Assembly: GCA_050115495.1 (NCBI GenBank)
Contig: JASFQK010000027.1
Span: 1 to 64,000, forward strand
DNA: 64,000 nucleotides
Source of the DNA: Phycisphaerae bacterium
GTDB taxonomy: Bacteria > Planctomycetota > Phycisphaerae > UBA1845 > Fen-1342
Reading direction: 5' to 3'
Shown here: piece after piece, positions 34,799-44,184 of the stretch
Numbering within the stretch: position 1 is the stretch's first letter
Layout of the letters: each line of letters begins with the position of its first letter
Notes under the pieces: generated by a model
What the model was told of the DNA's origin: nothing
The model's input: the letters and a program-made list of their open reading frames with translations, nothing else
Databases searched by the model: none
Position numbers and translations under genes: made by a program

Positions 34799-36346
34799 AT
34801 GCAGTCCTGGCCGATCACGTTTTCGCTGCCGCAGGGTCTGACGGTGAACGGCGTGACCACGTGGGTGCTGCGCGTGGCGGCGGCGTTGGCCGAGCGCGGC
34901 CACGAGGTGCGGCTGGTTGTGCACGCGGCCCAGCAGGGGCATCGATCGTTCGACGCCGAGCGGCTCGAGCTCGGCCGGAACGTGCGGGTGATTGCGGCTC
35001 CCGACCTGTACGACGCCGGCACGTGGGACAGTTGCCTGCGGATCTACAGCGACCTGCTGCCGACGGTGCTGCAACCGAACGTGATTGCCGAAAGCTTCGC
35101 GGTCGCCGCGGCGCTGGCGGTGGCGCGAGCGGACGAGCTACGCGTCGTCGGCTGGAGCCATATCGACGACGCCTACGACTTCACCTGCCTGTCCTACTAC
35201 GAGCCGGTCATTCATCGCTTCGGGGCGGTGAGCCGGCATTGTGCGGCGGCGCTGGCTGGGCGAATCCCGACGCGAGCTGCGGACATCGAGCATGTGCCCA
35301 ACGGCGTGGCGGTGCCGGAGGAGCGGCCGCGGCGGGCGCTCGCCGATCGAGCGCTTCGACTCATCTACGCCGGTCGGATGGACCAGGATCAGAAGCGTGT
35401 GTTCGACCTGGTGGCCCTGGCGGTCGAACTGGATCGCCGCGGGCTGCGGTTCGAGATGCGGTTGGTGGGCGACGGGCCGCAGGCGGATGAGCTGCGCGAG
35501 CGCATCGCGGCGGCGGCGGGGGCGTTTCGCGATCGGCGGAATGTGCTGCGGCTGGAGCGGCCGGTACCGCTGGAGCGGATGCCGGGCGTGTGGTCCTGGG
35601 CGGACGTGTCGGTGCTGGCGTCGAATCGCGAGGGGTTCAGCCTTTCGATGGTCGAGTCGATGGCCTGCGGCTGCGTGCCGGTCGTCACTCGCGTCGACAG
35701 CGGCGTCGGCGAGGTGCTCGTCGAGGGACAGAATGGCCTGACGTTCCCGGTCGGTGACGTGCCGGCGGCGGCGGAGTGCGTGCTGCGGCTGGCGCGGGAC
35801 GAAGATGCGCTGCGGGGCATGTCGGCGGCGGCGCGGGCGGCGGTGCAGGCGTACTGCCCGTTCGACGGCTTCGTGACGCAGGTGGCGAGCGTTTTCGAGC
35901 GGGCGGTGGCGGCGGCGCCGCGGCCGTGGTCGGCGGCGCGACCGCTGCGGATGAACGCGCCGGACGCCGGCGCGGGTGGGACGATCCCCAGCGATGCGGC
36001 GGCGCGGTTGCGGGGCGTGTTGCAGGCGATCGCGGCGGATGGCGGCGGGCCGGTGGCGATCTACGGGGCGGGGAATCACACGCGGGCGCTGGCGGCGGTC
36101 TGGGCCGATTCGCCGGTGGAAGTGGTGGCAGTGATCGACGATGAGGGCGTGCTGCGCGGGCGGCGGCTGTGGGGCTGGCCGATTGTGTCGCCGGAAGAGG
36201 CGGCCCGGCTGGGCGCGCGGGCGGTCGTCATCAGCTCGTGGATGCATGAAGAGGAGATCTGCCAGCGACGCGGCCCGGCTCTCTCGGCGGCGGGGCTGAG
36301 CGTGTGCCGGCTGTACGCGCCCACTGCCGAACCGGCGGTCACGTAG
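34799..36346 (+). CDS. Glycosyltransferase family 4 with C-terminal Rossmann-like domain
   Basis: YAGRMDQDQKR, EGFSLSMVESMACG; VAIYGAGNH...IDD. Confidence 0.85.
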   Translation: MQSWPITFSLPQGLTVNGVTTWVLRVAAALAERGHEVRLVVHAAQQGHRSFDAERLELGRNVRVIAAPDLYDAGTWDSCLRIYSDLLPTVLQPNVIAESFAVAAALAVARADELRVVGWSHIDDAYDFTCLSYYEPVIHRFGAVSRHCAAALAGRIPTRAADIEHVPNGVAVPEERPRRALADRALRLIYAGRMDQDQKRVFDLVALAVELDRRGLRFEMRLVGDGPQADELRERIAAAAGAFRDRRNVLRLERPVPLERMPGVWSWADVSVLASNREGFSLSMVESMACGCVPVVTRVDSGVGEVLVEGQNGLTFPVGDVPAAAECVLRLARDEDALRGMSAAARAAVQAYCPFDGFVTQVASVFERAVAAAPRPWSAARPLRMNAPDAGAGGTIPSDAAARLRGVLQAIAADGGGPVAIYGAGNHTRALAAVWADSPVEVVAVIDDEGVLRGRRLWGWPIVSPEEAARLGARAVVISSWMHEEEICQRRGPALSAAGLSVCRLYAPTAEPAVT

Positions 36347-36597
36347 CGTCTGGGCGACGTACTGGACGTCTTCGTAGCGTCGGCCCCCCGTGGCCGACGT
36401 CGGTTGCCGAAATGCGTTTGCTTTGCGGGAGCGTGGCATGCTGAAGCTGAAGGCGCCGGTATGTCTTCCTCTCGCATCGGGGATCACATGCCGGCGCTGC
36501 GCTTCGGCATGCCACACTCCGTGTCGGACGTCGATTGCCGACAGATGTTCGTCTTCCCGGCGGCCGAAGAGCACTGCTCAAGAGCAGTGGCACGCCG
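36343..36597. repeat. Mosaic REP-like palindrome array B
   Basis: GTAG hairpins at 36343 and 36374; long inverted repeat 36431-36517 homologous to 7058-7144; CACTGCTCAAGAGCAGTGGCAC. Confidence 0.85.
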
Positions 36598-36606
36598 TGG
36601 CGGGGT

Positions 36607-37557
36607 TCACACTTGCGGCAATGCCGGCGGTGGCGTGCGGCGTTGGCGGGCTTCGCGGCGCCAGCTTAGCGCGAGCCAGCCGGCGACGCTCAACAGGATC
36701 AGCGGGCCGCCGATGCAGGTCGGCAGCGGTACGACCTCGCCGACGATGAGGAACGTCCACGTGGGGTTCAGCACCGCCTCGAGCAGCAGGATCAGGCTGG
36801 CTCGGTGCGCCTCAACGCGTTGCAGCGACCACGAGAACAATACGTACGGCAGCGTGAACTGCACGACGCTGAGCACGAACACCAGCAACCACGCCCGCGG
36901 GCCCAGCAGGATCTGCCCGCAGAGCAGCGATGGCACCAGCAGCAACAGCCCGGAGCCGAGGGCGTTAATGGCGGCGACGACGAACGGATCCACCCGCCGC
37001 AAGCCACGCAGCATCACCGTCAGTGCTCCATAGCCGAGTCCGCTGGTCAGCGCGACGGTGAGGTTGGCCGCGTCCGTGCGGGCACTGCCGAAGAAGATGA
37101 CGGCCACGCCCGCGGTCGCCACCAGCAGGACCAGCCCCTCCGCTCGCCCAGGTTTCTCGCGCAGCAGCAGCGGCGCCAACAGAAACACCCAGATCGGTGA
37201 CGTGTATTGCAGAATGATCGCGTTGGCGGCGGCGGTCTGCGTCGTGGCGATGCAGAAGCACGCCGTCATCAGCGTGAACATCGATACCGAGCCGATCGGC
37301 CAGAACGGGCTGGCATTACTCAGCGTTCGCCGGCGCCGCCAGGCCAGCGGCAGGAAGAGGATGCCGCCCAGCAGCGAGCGGTAGCAGGCGATGGTCAGGC
37401 CGGGGACGTCCTCTTGGTCGAGCAGCTTGATGAGCGGGCCGTTGAGGCTCCACAGCAGAGCGCACAGCACGAGGCCCAATACGCCGAGCCACGGGCGCGG
37501 GACGGATTGAGGTGTCGCGGCGTTCACGACGGGGTCATCTCGCGGGCCGGGGCACAA
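36607..37557 (-). CDS. DMT/EamA family transporter
   Basis: About 10 TM helices; LQYTSPIWV, LLREK, LEAVLNPTW...GE. Confidence 0.88.
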   Translation of the reverse strand: MCPGPRDDPVVNAATPQSVPRPWLGVLGLVLCALLWSLNGPLIKLLDQEDVPGLTIACYRSLLGGILFLPLAWRRRRTLSNASPFWPIGSVSMFTLMTACFCIATTQTAAANAIILQYTSPIWVFLLAPLLLREKPGRAEGLVLLVATAGVAVIFFGSARTDAANLTVALTSGLGYGALTVMLRGLRRVDPFVVAAINALGSGLLLLVPSLLCGQILLGPRAWLLVFVLSVVQFTLPYVLFSWSLQRVEAHRASLILLLEAVLNPTWTFLIVGEVVPLPTCIGGPLILLSVAGWLALSWRREARQRRTPPPALPQV

Positions 37558-37569
37558 TGCGCGGCGCTG

Positions 37570-37872
37570 CTACTCGCAGAGCTTCTGTTGCACGCTGCGG
37601 ATCTTGTCGTCCATCGTTTGCGAGCGGTCGGTGCGGGTGCCGAGCTTGATCGTCGTGGAGATGCGCGGGGCGCCCATCTCGTGCACAACCTCGTGGCAAC
37701 GCTTGATGGCAGCGAAGACGCGGTCCCACTCCCCCTCGATGTTGGTGCCGTAGGCGTGCAACTGGATGCTCAGGCCGGCCTCGGTCAGCACGCGTTCGCA
37801 GGCCGCCACGTACTTCGAAACCGACACGCCGACGCCGACGGGCACGACGCACAGGTCAGCAATCACGTTCAT
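37570..37872 (-). CDS. MTH1187/DUF77 thiamine-binding family protein
   Basis: MNVIADLCVVPVG, SVSKYVA, HAYGTNIEGEWD, KLGTRTD. Confidence 0.9.
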   Translation of the reverse strand: MNVIADLCVVPVGVGVSVSKYVAACERVLTEAGLSIQLHAYGTNIEGEWDRVFAAIKRCHEVVHEMGAPRISTTIKLGTRTDRSQTMDDKIRSVQQKLCE

Positions 37873-37927
37873 GAGCGAAGTCTCCTTGGGCGGCGCGTAT
37901 TGTACACCGGGCAGCGTCGGGCGCGGG

Positions 37928-40270
37928 CTATGGGGCCGCCGGGGCGGTGGACGTCGTCGGGGCCGAGGTCGACGACGCGCTGAGTCCGGCATCCTCCAGC
38001 GGACGCAGGCAGCGCCAGATGCGGGCCAGTTCCGGCGGGCGCAGGCGGATGACGTCCTCCGGCGGGCGGGCGGCGTCGATGCAGAGCGCCGCCGACAGAT
38101 GCTCGATGGCGATGCGGGCTACGGCGGGATCGTCCGTTTCCTCCCACCAGTGGAACCACGCTTCGCCCGCGGAAATGTGCTTGCGCGGGTTCGTCGGGTC
38201 GAGCTCGGCTGCCGCCTGCCAATACTCCGCGGCCTTCTCGGCGGCGCGAACGGCGTCGTCGGGCTGGGCAGCCAGCAGGCACGGCTCGACGCTGTCTTCG
38301 TAGATGCGGGCCAGGCGGGCGTGAGCGGTGCTGCTGTGCGGGTGGCGGTGCAGGGCGACGAGGGCGAAGTGCCGGGCGCGATCCAGCAGCGTCAACCGGT
38401 TCTCGCCCGAGAAGTTGGGGTTGCGGGCCAGGTACATCGCCAGGCGGCTGACATCGGCGGCGCCGCTCGGGTCGAGCGGATCGGCGTCGACCGCCGCCTC
38501 GCCCAGACGCAGCACGTTCAGGCAGGCGTCGAAGTCGCTGGGATCGAGCGCGCTGGGCTGCATGCGCGCCAGGCGGAACTCGGTCCGCATGGTCGGTACC
38601 GTTACCAGGTACAGGTGCGTGCAGATCAGCAGGCCGGCGGCGAGAACCAACGGCGCCGGCGCCGCATCTCGCGCCGGGCCAGACGCCGGCGCCCGCAGCG
38701 CACACGCCGCCGCCGCCACTGCGGCAAAGAGGCTCCAGCCAGCCGGTGTCAGCAAGGCGAAATCCAGCAGGCCGTGCAGCAGTGCCGCGAGCAGCGCCGC
38801 CGCCAGTCCCGCGGCGAGCCAGCCTTCAGCCGCCGGCGACGTAGCCAACGCCTCGAACAACCGCACGCTCAGTACGAGCACGAGCACCCAGGCCACCGCC
38901 ACCTCGGCCAACCACAGAATGAGCGGCGAGCCTTCCAGCAGCGCCCCGGAGAACAACAGGTGCAGCGGCAGTATGAACGCTGCGGCCGGCAGCATCATCC
39001 CGAGGGTGATCTCCGGCGGATCGCGGGCGGGCGTCGTTACCGCCAATCGCCGCAGCGCGCAGTGCACGCACAACGCCAGCAGCAATCCGGCGCCGAGCAG
39101 CCCGAGCGGCCCCATCTCGACCAGCAACGCCAGCCAGATGTTGTGCGGATCGCGCACGTCCTCGGTGCTCTCCGGCGGCTTGTGCAACAGATAGGCGTCG
39201 ACGAAGTTGTCGCGGCCGATGCCGGTCAGCGGCGCATCCAGATACGCCCGCATCGCCGCCGTCCAGTAGTACCAGCGAAACGCCAGCGACGGATGTGGCA
39301 GTGTGCCGTGGCGCACGCCGAAGGCGGCCGCGCCGCCGATGACCGCGGCATAGCCGACGATCAGCAGCACGGTCACGCGGCCGGCCCACGCGCCGAAGCG
39401 CGTGTGCCACAAGCCGAACACGAGCAAGGCGACGACGCCCATCCCACCGGCGACGATCGCCCCCAGGCTGCCGGTCATCCACAGGGCGACCGCGCTCAGT
39501 GCGGCCATCGCCCCCGCCATCACGCCGGCGGCGATGCGCTCTCCCACCAGTGGAATCACGCGGCTGCCCAGCAGGCCGATGGTCAGGCCGGCGGCGACGA
39601 GGAACGCCGTCGCCAGCAGCGAGCCGGTTACGTTCGGGTGTGCCTGGTAGCCGACGGCTTCGCCCGACTGCATCCGCCGCTCGAAATTCACGAGCATCGG
39701 GTCGTCGGGGGCCATGTCCGGCGGGACGAGCTCTTCCTTGTGCTCCTGCCAGTATTCGAGCAGGTCCTTGTACTCGTAGGTCACTTGCAGGACGCACTTG
39801 ACGCCGGTGGTGCAGGCCGTGGCCAACACGGCTGCCAGCAGTAGTCGTGGCATCCAGGACGCGCGCATCAGGCAAACCAGCGCCGCCCCGGAGAGCGTGG
39901 CGATCCACAGGCTCCAGCCGGTGTTCAGCGCCAGCCGCTTGTTGTTGGCGGCGAAGACCGAGACGACCAGGGCCGCGGCCAGCAGGACGATGGCCACGGT
40001 CACACCGCGGCGGATCATGCCGCGCCGCCACGTGCGGGCCAGCGCCGCGGCGGCGGCGGTCAGCGCCAGCGAGTCGAGCCAGACGGTGACCGCCGGCGAT
40101 ATACCGCCACCGCCCGGGATGAACGGCAGATCGGTGCGCTCGGGTGATTCCGAGATCAGCGGTCGCACGCAGAGCACGGCCAACAGCACGTAGAAGAGCA
40201 GCCGTTCGAGCAGGGGCGACTCGTCGGCGTGGGCCGCGGGCTTGGGCGTGGTCGCGGGTGTTTGTTTCAT
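37928..40270 (-). CDS. O-antigen ligase (Wzy_C)-like membrane protein with C-terminal TPR-like region
   Basis: HPNVTG, TGSLGA, FRWYYW...PLTGIG, DPHNIWL, HGLLDF; helical repeats at the C-terminus. Confidence 0.8.
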   Translation of the reverse strand: MKQTPATTPKPAAHADESPLLERLLFYVLLAVLCVRPLISESPERTDLPFIPGGGGISPAVTVWLDSLALTAAAAALARTWRRGMIRRGVTVAIVLLAAALVVSVFAANNKRLALNTGWSLWIATLSGAALVCLMRASWMPRLLLAAVLATACTTGVKCVLQVTYEYKDLLEYWQEHKEELVPPDMAPDDPMLVNFERRMQSGEAVGYQAHPNVTGSLLATAFLVAAGLTIGLLGSRVIPLVGERIAAGVMAGAMAALSAVALWMTGSLGAIVAGGMGVVALLVFGLWHTRFGAWAGRVTVLLIVGYAAVIGGAAAFGVRHGTLPHPSLAFRWYYWTAAMRAYLDAPLTGIGRDNFVDAYLLHKPPESTEDVRDPHNIWLALLVEMGPLGLLGAGLLLALCVHCALRRLAVTTPARDPPEITLGMMLPAAAFILPLHLLFSGALLEGSPLILWLAEVAVAWVLVLVLSVRLFEALATSPAAEGWLAAGLAAALLAALLHGLLDFALLTPAGWSLFAAVAAAACALRAPASGPARDAAPAPLVLAAGLLICTHLYLVTVPTMRTEFRLARMQPSALDPSDFDACLNVLRLGEAAVDADPLDPSGAADVSRLAMYLARNPNFSGENRLTLLDRARHFALVALHRHPHSSTAHARLARIYEDSVEPCLLAAQPDDAVRAAEKAAEYWQAAAELDPTNPRKHISAGEAWFHWWEETDDPAVARIAIEHLSAALCIDAARPPEDVIRLRPPELARIWRCLRPLEDAGLSASSTSAPTTSTAPAAP

Positions 40271-41376
40271 GGCTCCCTGCGGGGGGGCGATTCGAGGATG
40301 GCGACGACCGCCAGGATCATCAGCACGATGACGGCCACGGTGATCGTACGCGGCAGATCGGCACCGGGCAGCAGCGTGGCAGCCAGGCCGGTCGTGGCGG
40401 TGGCCAGATAGATGGTCAGTACGGCGAGCCGCCGGTCGAGCCCGTGCTCGATCAACCGGTGGGAGAAGTGCCGTTGGTCGCCGCGTAGCGGGTTGCGGCC
40501 CTCGGCGATCCGGATCGAGATCACGCTCGTGAAGTCATAGAGCGGCACGGCCAGCACGACCAGCGGCATGGCCAGCGCGTACGGCGCCCCCGGCTGCCCG
40601 CTCTGGTAGTACGTGGTCAGCACGGAGACCACCGCCAGCATGTAGCCGATCAGCAGGCTGCCGGCGTCGCCCATGAAGATGCGGGCGGGTGGGAAATTGA
40701 ACGCCCAGAAGCCGCCGATTGCCCCCAGAAACAAGCAGGCCAGCGCTGGGACCAGCACCTGCATCGGCTCGGCCAGCAACCCGCACACGGCCAGAAACGC
40801 CATGCAAATCCAGGCCACACCCGCGCTCAGCCCGTCCATGTTGTCCAGGAAGTTCATGGCGTTGATGATGACCACGAACCAACCGAGGGTGAGCAGGATA
40901 GAAAGTGGCCGACCCAGCATGCTGCCCAGGTACACATGGCCGGCGAGGATGACGAACAGACTCACGCCGACGATGACGAATAGCTTGAGGATCGGCCCGA
41001 GCGGCCGCCGATCGTCGAGTAGGCCCAGAAGATGCAACACGAGGCCGCCGGCGAGGATGACGAGGGCCTGTGTGGCTCGGTCGCACAGGCCGCCGACGTA
41101 GGCCCGCACTTCTTCGCCGAACGTTTGCGCTATCCAGGCCTGTGAGACCGTGACCGCCAGGATGATAGCAGCGGTGGCGGGGACCCATGCTGCCAGGAAG
41201 ATGGCCACGCCGCCGCCGTAGGGGACGGGCTCCTTGTGCGACTTATGTCCGCCGGGGCGATCGACGAAGCCGATTCGGCGGGAGATGCGCATGACCAGCG
41301 CCGTCAGCAGCAGGGACAGCACGAGCGAGATGCCCAGCGCCCCAGCCAGGGCCAGCAGGAGGTTCGCGCGGTTCAT
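40267..41376 (-). CDS. WecA/TagO (MraY family) undecaprenyl-phosphate GlcNAc-1-P transferase
   Basis: DRPGGHKSH, GLLDD, NAMNFLDNMDG, FNFPPARIFMGDAG, HFSHRL. Confidence 0.9.
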   Translation of the reverse strand: MNRANLLLALAGALGISLVLSLLLTALVMRISRRIGFVDRPGGHKSHKEPVPYGGGVAIFLAAWVPATAAIILAVTVSQAWIAQTFGEEVRAYVGGLCDRATQALVILAGGLVLHLLGLLDDRRPLGPILKLFVIVGVSLFVILAGHVYLGSMLGRPLSILLTLGWFVVIINAMNFLDNMDGLSAGVAWICMAFLAVCGLLAEPMQVLVPALACLFLGAIGGFWAFNFPPARIFMGDAGSLLIGYMLAVVSVLTTYYQSGQPGAPYALAMPLVVLAVPLYDFTSVISIRIAEGRNPLRGDQRHFSHRLIEHGLDRRLAVLTIYLATATTGLAATLLPGADLPRTITVAVIVLMILAVVAILESPPRREP

Positions 41377-41951
41377 GCGCCCTCCTTCGGCGGTGCGTCG
41401 TTCCACGCTTCCAGTTGCTTGAGCTGGCTCCGATAACGCTCCCGAACGCCGTCGAAGAACGCGTGATACGTCGTTTGACGATAGTCCGGGTAGGTCCAGG
41501 ACGCCGGTTGCCAGGCACCCTGCGCGAACTGGAGCGTTACTTCGGCGTAGATACCCAGACCGACGTAAATGCGATGGGCGCGGTCCTTCGTCGTGGCGAG
41601 GATCAACCGGGCGAGATCAAGATAACCCGGATCGATGTTCACCGGACGCGGGCAATCCGGGCGGAGGCAGTCGGCGGCGATGGTCTGTTCGAGCTCGTTG
41701 GTGTGCCGCTTGATCTCCGCCAGGGCCTCCGGACGAATCAGCCGCTGGAAGCTGAGGAACCAGCGCCGCAGGCCGGGGCCCATCTCCGGTTCATAGTAGT
41801 CGGTCATGGTGAACGGCCAGACGTCGCTTTCGGTGTCGACGTCGCCGTATTCGCGAGAGAGCAGATGTCGCGCACGCCGCAGCAGATCCTGATCGCCGGA
41901 AAGCAGCCCGATGACGAGCTTGACGGGTTGGGCGGCGCGAGGTCGGGCCAT
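41373..41951 (-). CDS. DUF4416 family protein
   Basis: TDYYEPEMG, RPVNIDPGY, ATTKDRAHRIY, WTYPDY. Confidence 0.85.
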   Translation of the reverse strand: MARPRAAQPVKLVIGLLSGDQDLLRRARHLLSREYGDVDTESDVWPFTMTDYYEPEMGPGLRRWFLSFQRLIRPEALAEIKRHTNELEQTIAADCLRPDCPRPVNIDPGYLDLARLILATTKDRAHRIYVGLGIYAEVTLQFAQGAWQPASWTYPDYRQTTYHAFFDGVRERYRSQLKQLEAWNDAPPKEGA

Positions 41952-42051
41952 GGCCAGAAGTGTAGCATCGGGTTAGGATGGTGGCGACTGGGGAAGGGGC
42001 GATCCCTGGTCCCGCCGGTTGGCGCGGTTATTGCGGCGCCGAGGTTGACGG

Positions 42052-43284
42052 ATGAATCTGGGCTTATTTGAGGACGGGTACTGGCAGCACCTGTTGCCGC
42101 TGACGTGGCTGCGGGCGACGTTCGAGCTGCGCTGCGGGATGGACCGGCTGGTGGACAAGCTGCGCGGCCATTTCGGCCGTGGACCGGCTCGCGTTTGGGT
42201 GCGGCCGGTGCTGAGCGAGGTCGTCGCCGAACGGCTGCCACTGGCGGAGGTGGAAGGCGGGGCGGAATGGTGCATGCTGAACGGGCGGGCGCTGCTGACG
42301 GCGCCGGTGACGCCGCCGCCGGGCGTGGTTTGGCGGCGCAACGGGTCGGTGGTGGCATTTGGGATTGAGGCGGGGGCGGCGGATAATCTGTCGGCCGAGC
42401 TGTTCCTTGACGAAGAGGCGTTGCACGGCTGGTTGCAGGCGCGGCAGTTCCGCGTCGAGCATGCCCCCGAAGACGTGAAGCTCATCGAGTATCCCTGGAC
42501 GCTCGTGCTGGAGAACGAGGCGGAGCTGGTGCGGCAGTGCCGGGCCGGCGGCGTGCACGAAGGCCGCATCTATCCCGGGGCGCACGTACTGAATCCGGAA
42601 GCAGTGCACGTGGCCCGCGGGGCGCGCATCAAGCCCGGCGTCGTGCTGGACGCCGAGGACGGCCCTATTCACGTGGCTGAGGACGCGCATGTGCAGCCGA
42701 ACGCGGTGCTCGAAGGGCCGTGCTACATCGGTCCAGGCTCGGTGATTCGGCCGGGGGCGACGATTCGGGCGGGCACGAGCATCGGTCCCGTCTGCAAAGT
42801 GGGCGGCGAGATCGAGGCCAGCATTTTGTACGGCTACAGCAACAAGCAGCACGACGGTTTCCTCGGGCACAGCTACGTCGGGCCGTGGGTCAACCTTGGT
42901 GCCGACACAGTGACGAGCGACCTGAAGAACACGTACGGCTCGATTCGCGTGCTGCTCAACGGCGTCGGTGTCGAGACAGGCCAGCACTTCGTGGGCTCGA
43001 TCATCGGCGACTACTCGAAGACCGGTATCGGCACGCTACTGCCCACCGGCTGCGTGATTGGCGTGGCCTCGAACGTCGCTCCGCCGGCGACCGCGCCGAA
43101 GTTCGTGCCGTCGTTTGCCTGGCTGACCGAAGCGGGTCTGGCCGGCTATCGGCTGGACAGGGCGATTCGGCTGGCGCGCATCGTGATGGCGCGGCGTGAC
43201 GTGCACCTGACGGATGCGGAGGTGCGCGTGCTCGAACAGACCGAGCAACTGGCGCGCGAGGTCGAGGCCGCGGGCTGGTCCTGA
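42052..43284 (+). CDS. GlmU-related putative sugar nucleotidyl/acetyltransferase
   Basis: LPLTWLRATFELRCG; hexapeptide repeats; NKQHDGFLGHS; SDLKNTY. Confidence 0.85.
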   Translation: MNLGLFEDGYWQHLLPLTWLRATFELRCGMDRLVDKLRGHFGRGPARVWVRPVLSEVVAERLPLAEVEGGAEWCMLNGRALLTAPVTPPPGVVWRRNGSVVAFGIEAGAADNLSAELFLDEEALHGWLQARQFRVEHAPEDVKLIEYPWTLVLENEAELVRQCRAGGVHEGRIYPGAHVLNPEAVHVARGARIKPGVVLDAEDGPIHVAEDAHVQPNAVLEGPCYIGPGSVIRPGATIRAGTSIGPVCKVGGEIEASILYGYSNKQHDGFLGHSYVGPWVNLGADTVTSDLKNTYGSIRVLLNGVGVETGQHFVGSIIGDYSKTGIGTLLPTGCVIGVASNVAPPATAPKFVPSFAWLTEAGLAGYRLDRAIRLARIVMARRDVHLTDAEVRVLEQTEQLAREVEAAGWS

Positions 43285-43437
43285 GCGGGCGCGCTTTTTG
43301 CGCGGAGGGTGCGGGGGCTCTTGTCGTCATGCACGTCGGCGGTACACTATGCGCCGTTCGGGATTGGCAATGCGTGTCGCACATCGGCGGAGCGGCTCCG
43401 TCGGGGCAGCCGGGCACGCAAGGAAAGGACGAAAAGC

Positions 43438-43995
43438 ATGTATCAGCGTCTGGTGAGCGCGGTCGCGCTGCTTTCGGGCCTCTGTCTGCTGGCGGGGTGC
43501 AGTGCTTCGGGTGCCGGCCACTCCGGCTTCCACATCGGCAAGAACCTGCTGCGCAAGGACACCAACCTGCGCGTCTTCCTCGACGGCGAACAAGCCAAGC
43601 AGAACAAGTTCAAGAAGGGGCTCTCCGGCTATTCGCCCTTCACCATCAAGGAGGACGTCACCGGCTCGCCCAAGTTCCGCTACGAGATCATCGAGCCGAA
43701 GAAGTTCGGCTTCATCAAGCACGTGACCATGCAGGTCCACCAGAAGTTCGAGGCGGACTTCTCCGATATTCCTGATTACGTGATTCATCCGCGGGACATG
43801 AAGGACCGCGAGGCGAACATGAAGCCCGGCGTCGATTGCGATCTGGGCAACCTCGGCGACCAGTTCCGCATCCTGGACAAGCAGGACAACGAAGTCGAGA
43901 AGGTCGAGTTCGTCCCCGGCATGGAATACCTCCTCGTCTTCACGATCTCGGCGGACAAGAGCGAGACCATCCAGATCTACTTCAAGACCAAGTAG
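43438..43995 (+). CDS. Hypothetical lipoprotein
   Basis: Lipobox LAGC; strongly biased codon usage; RBS AGGA. Confidence 0.75.
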   Translation: MYQRLVSAVALLSGLCLLAGCSASGAGHSGFHIGKNLLRKDTNLRVFLDGEQAKQNKFKKGLSGYSPFTIKEDVTGSPKFRYEIIEPKKFGFIKHVTMQVHQKFEADFSDIPDYVIHPRDMKDREANMKPGVDCDLGNLGDQFRILDKQDNEVEKVEFVPGMEYLLVFTISADKSETIQIYFKTK

Positions 43996-43997
43996 CG

Positions 43998-44170
43998 CCA
44001 CGGCTGGGAACAGCCGTTTCGTGTATGGCGGGGCGACCAGGCCAACAGCCGGTCGCCCCGCTTGTTGCGCCGCCAACCCGCCCGCCCTTGCGGTCCGCCG
44101 TGCTGGACGATATGTGGGGCTTCATGGAACGTCGGGGACGGCGCACGCAGGGCGGGCTCGGCCCGCCGCT
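43998..44170. repeat. Cluster of short REP-like hairpins
   Basis: ACGGCTG/CAGCCGT, GCGGGGCGACC/GGTCGCCCCGC, GCGGGC/GCCCGC palindromes in an intergenic gap. Confidence 0.45.
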
Positions 44171-44184
44171 CGAGGTACATGCAG

